Assembly (NCBI GenBank): GCA_028023455.1
Contig: JAQFVV010000008.1
Span: forward strand, 12,338,001 to 12,402,000
Reading direction: 5' to 3'
Length of the DNA stretch: 64,000 nt
From: Epiperipatus broadwayi
Taxonomy: Eukaryota > Animalia > Onychophora
A program made the position numbers and the translations under genes. Positions 27,300-40,827 of this stretch are shown piece by piece (position 1 is the stretch's first letter; each line of letters begins with the position of its first letter). The notes under the pieces were generated by a model. It searched no databases, had not been told where the DNA came from, and worked only from the letters and a program-made list of their open reading frames with translations.

Positions 27300-28250
27300 T
27301 TATTTTAAAACAAATTTTTATCCCTTTTATTATATCTGGGATCATCATCATTTTAGCATATTCAATTAGTGATGCTGGTGATCTTATGTTAGATAACCAG
27401 AAAATTTATCATTTTTTCCCATCTCAACAGCAAGATTATAGCTACATCTAGGTATATGTGGCACACATTTGGTTAAAGCTTCATAATGTTCTACAGGTGT
27501 TTTACCTGTAACACACCAATTTTTAAGATCTGGTTTATATTGGAATATATTTCTCAAAAACTACATTTGACCTCTATAATTTAAGATTCTATTTCTTTAT
27601 TTTCCTCATAACCAGCTTTATTATTGTTTAATGTTAAGTCTTCCTTGTTTAATTTCTATTTTGCCAAGCTGATGTTTCATATCTGCTTTTATTTCATTTA
27701 TCTGTTCTCTTTTTCTAACTACTGAATGTTGATATAAGCTTGGTCAGTTTATTGGACTGTCTACTTGATTGGCCATGTATACTTCTTTCCAGTGCATTTA
27801 GCACTTTGGCTACTTGCTGAATTTCACCTATTGCTTTTTCAACATCAATTTTTATATCATTTAATTTTGGAGTTATCTCTCATATCTCATTTATTGATTT
27901 CTCATACTCTATTACTTGGGTATTTTTCCTTTTCACTATATTCTTCTTACTTCACTCTCAATTGACTAAATCTTTTCTAATCTTTTTCAGAGAATCTTTC
28001 TATCATACTCTTACACTCTTCCATTATTTCTTTACTAACTTCTTTAATCATTTGTTGAGTTTCCTCAAACTTAACATCATTTTTTTTATTGCCACTCATT
28101 GATCAAGTCATACAACAATTTCATCTCAACAATGAGTACTGTTGCTTCAGTGAATTTCATTTTTGTTTGTTCCAGCTCCAACTGTTAGATGTTCTGCATC
28201 TTGTATCAGGAGTTTTACTCTTTTTTCAATTTTTTAAAGCTGATTTGGTA
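27300..28250 (-). mobile_element. Possible decayed gag/ORF1-like coiled-coil coding remnant
   Basis: Minus strand gives K/E-rich heptad-like stretches (FEETQQMIKEVSKEIMEECKSMIE) broken by stops; no diagnostic motif. Confidence 0.3.
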
Positions 28251-29725
28251 ATCATCTAATCTATATATATATCTGCTATTAGTATTTATTAAATTTTTGC
28301 AGAACTAAAAAAACAAGAACACTAATATTATTATATGAAATTCAGATATATAGCTTAATACATGAACCATTATTATAAATATACAAACCTCTCCATAAAT
28401 ATTTGAACTTGCCTGAACTCACACCTATGCTAATTTTAACCCTTTTGCCTACTTACTTTTCATTCCTATATTTCTTTAAAATTATTGCTCAGTAACTAAT
28501 TATTATAACACTATTTTTCATTTCTTAGCACTTAATTTACTTTGGGTGCATACATATTGCAGTACCACTAATATGTAACTAATAAAAATATAATGTATTA
28601 ATTTTTTTTTAAATATTTATACATTTACTCAAATTTAGTCACTTTTTTATATTTAATTTTCTCATAGTGTGCTCTTTATGTACATATATTATCAAGCCAA
28701 ACATTAGGAAGTCATTTTTGTCATGAATTCTCAGGTAAAAAATGAATTAATCTGGTTACACTTAGGTCACCATTTTATTGTATAAGTATCTTTAAATATG
28801 ACTATGCAACTTTTACAGAAACATATGTAAAGCAATAATAATGGAGATAATTGAACCTAAAATAGGCAATATTTCCCAATTACCTCCACAAAATCAATGC
28901 TAGTGATTCAAAATAGAATTACCACTCAGAAAGAATTTAAATAAAAAAGATATGCATTTTCAGCCTTTACTTGTGCACCATGCCAAATGAGCCAATTTCA
29001 AACACTATAATTACTCAATTTCATAATAACATTTGGTATTTACTCACTGGTTCCACATTCTAATTTAAATTCCTTTTTTTGTTTGATAAATATATTTTGT
29101 TTGATAAATATAGAACTGATAAGTGCTAATGTAAACATTTGAAATGCATGCTGCTATACAAAATGTCACTGGCAACTTGAATTTTATAACTAATAATCAT
29201 AAAATCAATGCTAGTGATTCAAAATAGAATTACCACTCAGAAAGAATTTAAATAAAAAAGATATGCATTTTCAGCCTTTACTTGGGCACCATGCCAAATG
29301 AGCCAATTTCAAACACTATAATTACTCAATTTCATAACAACATTTGGTATTTATTCACTGGTTCCACATTCTAATTTAAATTCCTTTTTTTCATTTCAAT
29401 AAAATTTTTATTAACAATAAATAGTGATTACATACTAATAAAGGATAAATAAATGAATAAATTGTACAATAATATAATGTTTTATATGTCATCTGGCTAG
29501 ATTATGTTATGAGAGCACAATGTTATACTCTTATGTGGTTAGGTATAGTGAAGAGATTCTAATAACTTGTTTAATGGAATTAGCATTTTTAATATAGACA
29601 TGAATATTTTCTTTTATAAATGACTATTCTATAATGCTGGGTAGGTGGGAATTGATAATCAGGAAAAGGAAAGAGCAATTAAAGACCAGGTGTCAGCAAA
29701 GATTTTACTGGAGGCAAGGAGCTGG

Positions 29726-32700
29726 TCACGTTTCTTGATTTTTTTGAGCGTTTGATAAAACAATGGTATGATTTGTGGGGGGGGGGGGTAATTCCATGAG
29801 ACTTTTGCATCTCACTATCCATATGGAATAAAGGACAAAGGTAGAAAGCCTTATTATTGAAAAAAACCCATTATGAATGACATTTTCAAGTGAGAAAATC
29901 ATATTAGGTCTTATGTTGGAATTGATTATAATTATATCTTTCAGAGTTTTAAGTCTTGGGCACCGGTGTATAATATGGTCTATGGTTTCATCTTCACGAG
30001 CACACAGACCACATATAGGGTCAATGCTGGTAAAACCTCTTCGGTGATAAAGAAACCAATTCGTGGGTAGCGCATTAAGATTTATTTTAATGATGAAGTC
30101 AAGGAATTTGGGTTCCAGACTCCATCTTTTGAAGTGTGAAATGAGTCTTTGATTGGTTACTTTTAGGCTGGTTTTAATGGGTTGTTGATTATAGTTGATT
30201 ATATTGTATGCTTCCCTTAAGGTGATTTTTTGGTTAAGGTTAAAGGGTATTATCAGGTTATAAAGTTGTAGTTGTTGTATTAGGGATGCTATCCATGAAC
30301 TGGAAGAGGGTGGAGGACGATCTGTCGGTGTAATTTTTTTAATAATGTTAGAGTATCCGCAGGAGAGGATCAGATTATGTAGAGTGTTGTGGATTTTCTG
30401 TAAAATGATTGCTTGTATTGAGTGGAATGACAGTCCATTGAACCTGCGTGGTCGTTGGATACCTCGCAAGCTAATAGCAACTGTCCTTCCTCTCCAGAGA
30501 AGTTTGGTGCATAGTCGGTTAATTTTATTTTGAAACTGTTTAGACATTTTAACGAATGGAAGGTAATAAGAGATTTTTGGCATTATGATCATGTTGAGGA
30601 GGCTAACCTTTCCATATAATGAAAGGTATACTCTAGAGAGTGAAGTGGTGATGGCTTCAGTTGAATGGAGGATTGCATCTTGAATCTCTCTTGCCATTGC
30701 AGTTGGAGTTTTGAAGATTGGAAAACCTAGGTATCTTTGGGGTTTTGCAGAAAAGGGAGAGTTAATTTGTTTACCAGACATTATCTTCCAGATGGAAGAT
30801 TTGTTAAAATTTATTTGTAGGCCAAGTTTCGCTGTATTTCTGTTTAATATGTTCATGAGATGAGGAAGGTATTTAATGGTGGGAAGCACAACCATGATGT
30901 CATCTATATATGCAAATACATTGAAATTTTTATTGAGAGAGGGAAGGAAAATTCCAGGGAAGTTTTTTTCTATATCCATCAGAAGAGGGTTGATGTATGC
31001 TGTGAAGAAAAGGGCACTGAGCGGGGGATCCTTGAGGGATCGACTTGTATGGCTTGAAGCCTGGTGTGATCTTGCCATCAAGAGAGAGAAAAATCTCTCT
31101 GTTGTTGAGCAGATTGCTGACCATCTGTACAATCCCAGCTGGAATGTCGCATTCCAACAGAATATCCAGAAGGATGTTTATCTGGACTGAGTCAAATGCT
31201 GCCGCAACATCCAGCTGGACAGCAATAGGTTTTGATTTACGATGTCCTCTGATGTAATTGAACAGTGCAGTTACATTGGACATAGCATGCGAGGTTGATG
31301 ATCCCTTTTTTCCGTATTGGTTTGACAAGATATGGCTAAGAATTTGAGTTTGTATTTGATCTTTAATGACTGACTCAATTATCTTGATAAGCAATGGGGT
31401 CATGGAAATTGGCTGGATACTGTTAATGTCGTTTAGTGGTTTTGCTTTTTTAATAAAAGGCATGAGTGCCACTGGGTAAAGATCTGTTATGTTTCTGTCA
31501 CCGGAGGCTAGGTGATCAATCATTTTTTTAATAATTGGCACAGTGAATTGACTGAGGTGTTTGAGAAGGAAATTTGGGATGCCATGAAGGCCAGGATGAA
31601 CGCCATCAGGGAGAAATGTTATCTTCTTTTTTATTTGGATTTCTGTGATGCCATGTTCGCCGGGGTCACCAGCATCCAACCAGCTGTTTATAGGAGGAAC
31701 TCCATTTTTTTTGCATTAATTGGCAGAATTGTTTGCTGATGTGCTGCATCATTGCAAAGCCAATAAGATTGGTTCCATTAGTATTAATGGATAAGGGAGT
31801 GATTTGTTTTTTATTGTATCCCAGTGCCCATCTGAGATAGTCTCTCGTCCAGCAGTGTTGTTGTGCTAAGAAACATTTGGCTCTTCTGATGGATATATAT
31901 TCTGCAAGGGACTTTTGCTTGATTTTGTAGAGATTTTTAAGAAAGATAATTTTTTCTGTATTTGTGAAATTTTGCTGTGATGCTTGAAGTTGTATATTAA
32001 TGTCTGTTAGGTCATTTAGCAGGCCATTAGGTCCTTTGATTTTCCTGGTGTGGTGATTTAATATGGACTGAAGTATTCCAATGAAGGAAAACCAGCCCTC
32101 CTCAGCAGGCAGGGAAAGGATGTTTATTTTCTGGAAAAGGATGTATGCCTCAGACACTATCGCTTCGGTCATATTTGATTGGGTGATCATGCGCATGGTT
32201 TTACCAGGTCCATCAATAGGTGTAGGGATTGCAATAGGTGTAAGTTGTAAGATTAGAGCCATATGATCAGAGAAAGCAACAGGGGCCAAGGCTGCATCAA
32301 GGTTGAAATGGAGGTCTGGGGTGTAGAAAACCAAATCAATCAGGGACTTTTTGGTTTTAGTATAGAAAGAGTAGGCTTCAGGAGGGAAGAAACCCTCTCC
32401 ACATATTAATCTGCGATTTATTAGATGCAAAAATCTCTTGTTGAAGTCATTGTATGAAGTGTTAAAGTCTCCCAGAAGAATAGTAGGAGAGGTTCTGTTA
32501 GTGTTGATGGCATTTAGGATATGGATTATTTTTAGATATTGAGAGGTGTCTTTGGCTGTATATATATAAGCAATGATGATCGGATAACCCCAATAGTCTA
32601 TTTCTATGACAATAATATTGGCATCTAGGAATAGAATACTAAAACTGTTTGGTGGTGTTGACTTGCTGAGAAGAATACCGACTCCACCTGAAGCAGAATG

Positions 32701-32892
32701 GCCTATGGAAAATCTAGTAAATCCGAGAGCTGAGAGAAGAGATAATATTTTATGATCAGTCTTATGGTGATATTTAGTTTCACCCATAAGAAGTATATGA
32801 GGGGAACAGAGCGAGAGCCAGTTTTTAATAGCTAGAACTCTATCAATTGAGTTGATGCCGCGAATATTAATACCAGCAATTTTGCAGAACAT
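29726..32892 (-). pseudogene. LINE ORF2 (AP endonuclease + reverse transcriptase + zf-RVT), split by two +1 frameshifts; ~1054 aa if repaired
   Basis: GINIRGIN, GETK, GGVGIL, GDFN, IDLVF, SDH (APE); IQPISM, QLDVAAAFDSV, PQGSPLS, AYIDD, YLG (RT); LSLYGKVSLLNMIIMPK; CGLCAREDETIDHIIHRC. Extra base in a T8 run (~31705-31712) and in a G5 run (31023-31027). Confidence 0.92.
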
Positions 32893-32898
32893 GATAGA

Positions 32899-33816
32899 TT
32901 AATCCAAACCGTCCTCAGCAAAGTGTACCAAGTCAATGTGGGGCATCTCCATGTTAATTAGTTCTGATGTTGTTTGGAAATCAGAGTCTTGTGATTGAAC
33001 TTGTGGATGGATTGGTGATATATTTGTTGGTTGAGGAAATGCATCCATGAAGTCTTCGGTGTCTGATGAAGTAGTGTAATCTGTCTGAGATTCGTCAGAT
33101 GGATCAATGGTATCGATAGTTATAGGATCCATGGTTTTCCTCTTTTTTTCTATGGATTTGTGAAGCTTTGTGCTGGATATATCTGAGATTTGTTTGCTAG
33201 CGGGTGGTGGTGAATAATGTATTGGATGGGAGCTGTCATCATCAGAGCTTGATTTATCTGAGCGAATTGATTTTCTTTTAATTTTCTTATTTGTATTTTG
33301 GGTATTTGTTGTGTTGGTTTTTTGGGGTTTTTTAAGTTTAGTAGTGTTGTTTTCTTTTTCCTGTTCTTTTGATGAAAGTGTTTTTTTATTGTTATAAGAA
33401 TTTGGTTTAAATTTTAGACCCGAGTCATTTTTGGTTTGATGTAACTGTTGTGAAACATTAATTATGCTGACTTTCAGGTTGAGTGTTTGATAAGTATTTT
33501 CATCTGGATAGTTGATCACTGCAGGTGTTGAAGAATTGAGGACAGTTTGTGGATCACTTTGTTTAGGTTTGTTAGATTTAGCTGGCCTGAATGATGATGC
33601 ATCATTGGTTTTAAGCTGGGTGGGAGTTGTTATAGATGAATTGTTTTGAAATTTTTTAAGTGTATTTTCTTCATCGCCTGGGTTTTCCTTGATCTCGTTA
33701 GATGGTTTGATCATATTGTCTTCTTTTGTAGAAAGAGTTTGGCCTAGCATTGTTTCTTGGGGATTAGTACAATATGTATCTAATGAATGATCTTGAGTAT
33801 TACGGCTATCACATCC
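32899..33816 (-). CDS. C-terminal part of LINE ORF1 (low-complexity N/T/S/K/P-rich)
   Basis: Open frame continues upstream of the annotated Met to ~33816; stop lies 6 nt before the ORF2 ATG. Confidence 0.75.
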   Translation of the reverse strand, partial: GCDSRNTQDHSLDTYCTNPQETMLGQTLSTKEDNMIKPSNEIKENPGDEENTLKKFQNNSSITTPTQLKTNDASSFRPAKSNKPKQSDPQTVLNSSTPAVINYPDENTYQTLNLKVSIINVSQQLHQTKNDSGLKFKPNSYNNKKTLSSKEQEKENNTTKLKKPQKTNTTNTQNTNKKIKRKSIRSDKSSSDDDSSHPIHYSPPPASKQISDISSTKLHKSIEKKRKTMDPITIDTIDPSDESQTDYTTSSDTEDFMDAFPQPTNISPIHPQVQSQDSDFQTTSELINMEMPHIDLVHFAEDGLD

Positions 33817-35699
33817 TTAAATAGACAATCACCACATGGGACTAATTCAAACAGCAACCTCACAAACCCAGACAATCTGATTCAAATAAATCCTCCAACA
33901 AACCCTCTCACATCCAAACCTATCTTTCAAAATGAAAATCTTCAAGAAAGAACAAACACCAACCTCTACACTAATAGTAGTGAATCAGAGAACCAAGCAA
34001 TAACATATACTGCTACTAAACCAATCTCTCAAACCAATAATACTAAATTCCTTTTTTTGTTTGATAAATATATTTTGTTTGATAAATATAGAACTGATAA
34101 GTGCTAATGTAAACATTTGAAATGCATGCTGCTATACAAAATGTCACTGACAACTTGAATTTTATAACTAATAAGCATTTATTTAATAGTTACAATTAAC
34201 TAACACATACACACTCACACAATTAAAAATGATTATTTTTGAATACGTTCATACACTAACTAAGCATATAAAAAATGAATAGATAAAAGTAACTCAGCAA
34301 CTAATATATATGAAATAAATTCTAATAAAATAATCAGATTATATTGGCTTAAGGTCTTTTCAATTTTTATTTTAAAGTTTCAACAGGATTAGTCTTACCA
34401 TGATATATTATCTTTTTAGGACTTCCATTACTGATCAGCATGGGATGAAAACTTGTGTTTTGCAGTTTATTAAAGTTAAATGTTCTATTTTTTTAAAAAA
34501 AATAGGAGCACACACATTCTTCATAGACACTAATTAATCCAGAGTTATGGTATTAAATTCCAAGATCAAGTAATTTTCAGAAGACTACATGATTATGGTA
34601 AGTTGGCATAATTTAATTAGCAATGCATATTTTTCAGCTGTATAAACAAATAGCATCCATAAAGCAAGTGTTCCATTTCTAACAAGGATGACTTATATTT
34701 TATCAATTACAGCAACATAATTTTCCAAACAGTGGTATATTTTTCAACTACATTCGAATTCATCATGTAAAAAAAGTTTTGTTTCAAAAGACATCTATTT
34801 GTGCCTCATTGGTGATGAGGTACAAAGAGAGGTCAGATAATTTACATTGCACGTAAACAAATGCGAATTCTAATGGCTTCATTTGACAGCATGGAGAATC
34901 CCCACCATGAAAGGCCTCAATCCATCTGTCTGGAGATCCCCACATACTCAAACTACCATCACATTACAAGATTTCAAGTAGCTATTCCAGGTAAGTTTTA
35001 CATTGCTTATCCTGACTAAATCTTAATTTATATACACAAGTACCTTGATTTAAATACACAAGTACCAGACAATAAGGCCCAAATGAAGTTATGCAAATGT
35101 AATATATGTCTGGACCCACAGGCACTTCAATCTGACTCCTGCACATCTGGGTCACAAATCATTAAAAAAAAATGAAATCATTTCAGTACAAATATACCTA
35201 GGTTACTAATGTTCACACAATATTATACATATATAACATAATGCAATACTTACAATACAAAAAAAAATAAAAGTTGTTTAGCCCTCCAGGTCTTCTGTGA
35301 CTACATTCCATCACTCAGTAGTCCTGAGTACCCATTAGGCACTGTCTTTCATTCAGGAGTAGGGAGTACACTAACATAATAATCAAATGTTTTTGAAAGC
35401 CCTAATTCGGGATACATTACATGAATTGATTTGTTACATAATTTGAAATGAATGAACTTAATTAAAAAGAAGATAATCCAACACAATCCAAAATTCCATC
35501 ATTCATCCAGACACACAGTGAATCTACAATTATGCTGCAGGTCTGCATGGGAATAACGATGTCTAGCAATTCAATTGTATAAGATTTATTACCTTGAGGA
35601 TATATAGATAAACCTAATCACAGTCCTTAATTGAAAAGAGTTCAATAATTTCTTTAAGATAATTTATTGTGTTATCAATGTCTTAATGAGTTTAACCCT

Positions 35700-38600
35700 G
35701 GACAAGGTTTGGTCCACTAGCCATTGCTAACATGTTTCTTTGTCCTTTTTTCTGAGTTCTTTAATTTTTTAAATAAAAGTCTCTTCAATTGTATCCCCAG
35801 ATCCCTTTTGAAAAATTTTTATGTTTTGGGCTGACCATATAGCAAAGTTCCCTTGTGTTGTAAGTCTGATAAGCCCAAATTCATCTTTCTTGATTGCTTT
35901 GGGAATGTCAATAACCATAATGTTCTTATCAGAGGTCTGTAATTGAAATCACTTTGGTATAGCTTTCCATCATTCACAATCTGCCATGATATGATCAAAA
36001 TCTTCTTCAGATTTGTTACAGAGGGGACAGATAGTGTACATTCTAACCCCCCTTCTGCAATTCAGGTATGACTAGTGGGAAGAACTCTGAGGCTTACCTT
36101 GAGCAGAGTCTATCAAATTAGGATCTAATTTTATTCTTTTGGTCAGCCCTGCAAACTCTGATATATTAAGTAAGGGTTTTCTTTTTGTTCGTGAGTCAAT
36201 ACAGGTCACAATAGGATAACTTTCCAGCAAACAAGGTGCTGGAAGTATTGATGTTATTGATCATTATCGAGACCTGCTGCTTCAACCAAATACCTCCTTT
36301 AATTGGAGGTGGTTGGCCCATGGCTCTACTTCAATACTTGGTAAGGGACACTCAACTTTCTCATTCTTCCGAACAACCTGACCAAAATGTTATAGGTCCA
36401 TTGCAGGAGAAAATTTTAAATAGAGTGTAGGCCCAAACCATTCAACTTCTTTGGTTTTTGAAGAATCATGCTGATTATTAGTGGGCCCCCCCAGCATAGC
36501 TTTCTGCATTGTGTCTCAATCCTTTTGATGAATGGCCTTATTGGCAGAAAGCCTGCCAGAAAGTAAGTAACCTTTTGCAGCACCACCACATTTACTAGTA
36601 TGACCTTCCCCACAATGAACGAGGGATCATCCACAATGACTTCCATTTTCTTAACTTTTACAAATAAGGCCTCCTCCAGCTCTCTTCTCATAACTATGGG
36701 GAAAGAAGCCAGTTGAAAGCTGAGAAATTTCTGCAGGGGAGCTATAAATCTCCCCAGGATTTGTTTCCTGGTTCTGATTGACCATAAGGCCAGTTTCTCC
36801 CCATTAACCTTTAGACCATAATCGCAAGCAATCTGGTCCAATATCTTCTCCAGCTCATAAACCTCCTCCTATGAAGAGAGAAACACCACCACATCATTCA
36901 TATAAGAATTGTGGTGAATGCTCTCTCCCAGCATTGGAATGGCAATCCCAGGTAGGGAAGTCTCGATGCTTAACTGGTGAGGGTTAATGTAAATCATGAA
37001 AAGGAGTGCACTCAGTGGTGAGCCCTGTGGGATGGAAACACAGGGCCAAAAGCCAGGAGTGACCCAATCATCTAAAGAAAAATTTCCCAATTTCACAGAT
37101 TTTCTATGATTTGGAGGTATGCCTTAGGCACTTTGAGACCCTCCAGAACCCTGAGTAGCACTTCTATTCTGTTGCAATCAAAAGCATGACAAAGCCCAGT
37201 TGTACTGTGACTGGCTGGTTCATCTTTCTCTTATGTACTTGGTCACCTATGATGTGGAACTGTCCAACAGCATTGACAGTCATAATGTTTTGCTGAATAT
37301 CATCATTCATCCTCTCAATGATCTTCATCAGCAGTGGGACCATAGAAATGGGTCTTACATTCCCTAAATCACTAGGGCCTTCAGGTTTTTTCAGAAGAGG
37401 CACCATAGCAATGGGGTAAATCCCACTGATTTCTTGGCATCCATCCACAAGGTCTACCATGTTCTTCACAATCAGAATCATGAAGGACCTTAGGTGGCCT
37501 AGAAGAAACTTGGGGGAGTCCATGCAGACCAGGGTGAGTCCTGTTCCAAAGCGCTTTGATTTTAGCAAGGCTACAACATTCTGTGATGTTGTGTGAATTG
37601 GACAGACCCTCCGGTCAAGAAGGATCTATGGGACATAAAAGTGCAGGGAGGATTGAATTTTTCTGCAGAATGTTTTGGATCCTAAGAAGCATTGAAGTCC
37701 CTACATATCAGTTACTGCCTGCCTTAATCAACCTTGGGGCACAGGAGCTCCTTCCACACCCAAGGGCTCACTGAAAGTAGCCCCTGATCCAGTAATGCTG
37801 AAGATGTAAATATTTCTGCACCCACTTAATTGAGAGGTACTTTTTAATCAAGTGGTACTCAGAAACCACCTTGTTTCTCCCTATACATGAATTTTAAATC
37901 TATTATTCTTGGTATATTCTGTTCCCGAAGGGGTATGGAATTCAGTTCCTCCACAATAAAGTCTAATTCTCTAATTAGATGCACATGCCTTTCGTTTGCC
38001 CTGGTACACACATTTATCTGATCACAATATTTTAGTAAACTTTTTCCATGCAATTTCTGCTGGAAGGCTCAGGAGTCTAACCCTGTTAAATTCAATGTAT
38101 GTCTCAGAGATAAATTGTATCGATGCATTGACCTTTGTTAACATTCTAATCATTCTTTTAGGACTGGTTATAGTCTGAGCACTTTTTATATGGCCAATCT
38201 GTACCCCAAGCACCAGGTTATCTGAAAAGGCCAAAGATAACAGATAGCCATCCATAGAAGTGGAGTGAAGGTTACATGAACACAAGGTTAATTAATGATT
38301 TAGTGATATGATTGTAAAAGGAGAAGGTCTCAGGACTAAAAAATTTCTCTTCACTTTCAAGGGGTTGATTAAAGCAATTCTTGTATTTTGACTGGAAATT
38401 ATCATAACAGTGATTAAAGTCTCCTATAATAATGATGGGAAAAGAACTAGTTCTTAAGGTTAAATTAATTGCATGGATCACACTATGAAACAATTCTGAA
38501 TTTTGGGACAGGTAATTAATCCATAATATTCTAAACCATGTCACTGGTGCCTTGTGATTAATCAATATAGCTATTCCTTCTGGAGCATATTTGAAAAGTA

Positions 38601-39675
38601 GTGGAAATTGCCTGCTGACTGTAACAAATTTAAAGTACATGGTTGGTGTGTAATTTTGTCTCACAAATACATAGTATGTCAGGGTTCTTTATTCCTAAAC
38701 CAATGAAGTAAGGCCTGATCTCAGTCCAACAAATTCAGACCCCTGACATTAATGGAAGCAATTTTCAACATAATTGACCTTGTATTCAGAACCAAAATTT
38801 AGACCATAGGGTCCCCAGAATCTGGCTTTAGCCCTTCTTCAGACAGAGGGAGAGCCCCATCATTCATCATAGCCTCTGAAGGCACTTCATTTGTTATGTC
38901 CTGAGACAGATAGTACAGGAGAAACTACCCACAGAGGGGAGGACTTCAATGCTGAAAGTTCTGGATCAGGTTCCTCTGATGAAGAGGAAAAGTCAAATGC
39001 ATCTAGAAGGACTTCATCTTGAGGTGAGGCTTCAAGGGATAAAAACTCCATTGGGGAAACCCCAATTCTGTCTGGTCCTGGGGTATCCAACACATCTGTC
39101 ATCATAGGGGACAATGTTCTTGTTTTCTTCTCCTTAGGTTTATCAGTCTTCTCACCATCACCTTTCCCAGAAAGAACAACTAGATCTTCAATAGACACCA
39201 CTTCTTTCCATGACACAGTGGTGAGGGAATCAGGCTTGTGCCTTTTAGGCCTATTAGAAGTTCTTTGAGGAAGTGTCAAGATTGAAGGCCTGTCTGGATT
39301 AGCTGGCTCTGACAGTCCGAATTGAGGTGGGATTATGGGTGAACCACCCAACTCTTCTTTTTTTTTGTTTTTCAGGGTCTTATTGCCATGTTTTTGAGTC
39401 TTCTTGCCATAGATTTGCTTGTAGAGGCACCTGCTGCTGCGCTGCTGGCTGCAACTTTCAGCGTACCCAAGGTCTAGTCCTGGAGTTAGGCGGAGGGCTA
39501 GAGGATGCATCTATGAGGAGTCCTCTGGACCTGTCCACATCTATTACATTTATCTGGGCAATCCTGTACCAAGTGGCCCCTTATACCACAATGAAAATAC
39601 TGTGGGGGAACCCCCCACAGCATGAACATCACAGGAGATTCATCAAACTCAACAAGGCCTGGTATGTCTAAGGTT
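35700..39675 (-). mobile_element. Older, decayed L1/Tx1-clade LINE related to the 29.4-34.0 kb element
   Basis: ORF1 knuckles CGIRGHLVQDCPDKCNRCGQ (39498-39692); IIIGDFN and SLINLVF (38272-38664); NVRPISM (37164-37568); IPQGSPLSALLF and YMND (36869-37096); CPLCNKSEEDFDHIMADC (~35980-36040). Confidence 0.88.
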
Positions 39676-40827
39676 GATACTGCTCTTTTCAAGAATTAGA
39701 TCTACACTGATTTTTTAAACCCCTAGTTCAGCAATGATGACAGAATATATCACCTCCTTTTAATCCTTTTTGAATTCTTTTACATTTTTTAAAAATTAAA
39801 ATATATAATTGATTGGTAATTAAAAGTACATAATAAATTGGAGACTTTTAATTTTTGAATACTAATCAGATTTGTAGATTCATTTTTTATCTACAAATCA
39901 ACTTAAAAAAAATATTCAAGCTTTTTTGTTTTAATTTAAGTGATCTTACAGTGATTAAATTCTTCTATTAAAATTTATTTTAATAAATGTTATTTTTATT
40001 TATTTTGTTTATTGAATCCAAGTAAGATGCTTTTCTATATCTCACTCAAGCATACACATAAAAAATACTTTAAAAGAATTTACATTTTTCATCACCCAAA
40101 CATGCTTAATACATTAATTATATATGCTGGGTGACCATTATAATACTAAAAGTACTATAGGCAAAACACCTCTCTAAATACCCCACTTCACACAATACCA
40201 ACAATGATTTTTAACACCATAGTGCAGATGCTTGGAGTTAGCATCATACATTAAGATGGTCTTCTGACAGGTAAGGTCCATAGGATTTCATTTATGTGAT
40301 CATTTGTTGCATGATTACAGTAACATTGTACTCATTTGTTTGTTGCAATTTTTTAGGTGAGCTTATTTAAACATCATAGTGAATTAGCCATTTTCTCAAG
40401 GTAAAAGATAATACAAATAATAAAGAGCAGCAATATTATGATTATTCTCATTAATATTTTATATTGCACTAAATCACCCAAACATCTAAATTTTAAATTT
40501 GCATCATGCCGCTTTATATACATTGTATATTAATTTTTCAACAAGACTGTCTTTACTTTCATCATACCACTTTGTATATTAATTTTTCAAAAGAAATGTC
40601 TTCACTTTTGTCATACCTCTTTCTATATATTGTATATCTTTGATCTCTATTGTATTACATATATTTTTTGATATTATGTTTAATAGATTTTATTTTGATG
40701 TTTATTGATATTCATTTTATTTTAAAATAACTTTCATTTGTTTGATTTTCTGTAAACACTTTTTTAACTGAAGAATACTTTTCCAATCCCACTCCCCACC
40801 CATTTTCCAATAATATAATAATATATG

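Larger units (their letters stand above)
29392..34043 (-). mobile_element. Young L1/Tx1-clade LINE, 5'-truncated with a 5' inversion; 15-bp TSD
   Basis: TSD TAAATTCCTTTTTTT at 29377-29391 and 34044-34058; empty site visible at ~29067-29085; APE, RT and C-terminal cysteine-rich domains. Confidence 0.95.
28890..34178 (+). repeat. Recent 311-bp tandem duplication; the second copy is interrupted by the LINE
   Basis: Copy 1 28890-29200; copy 2 29201-29391 + 34059-34178; five substitutions counted by eye. Confidence 0.9.
28790..40130 (+). repeat. ~1.5-kb repeat unit, copy 2, split by two LINE insertions
   Basis: Similarity to copy 1 runs to 29391, resumes at 34059-34755, and resumes again at ~39678 (tactgctcttttcaagaatta vs tactgttcttttcaagaatta). 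Confidence 0.8.

Noticed and set aside
30345-32266. Plus-strand ORFs over the LINE
   Set aside because: Antisense shadows of ORF2 with no domain signal.
34888-34996. Apparent exon with cag/gtaagt borders
   Set aside because: Lies inside the insertion block next to the old LINE, with no recognisable product or partner exons.
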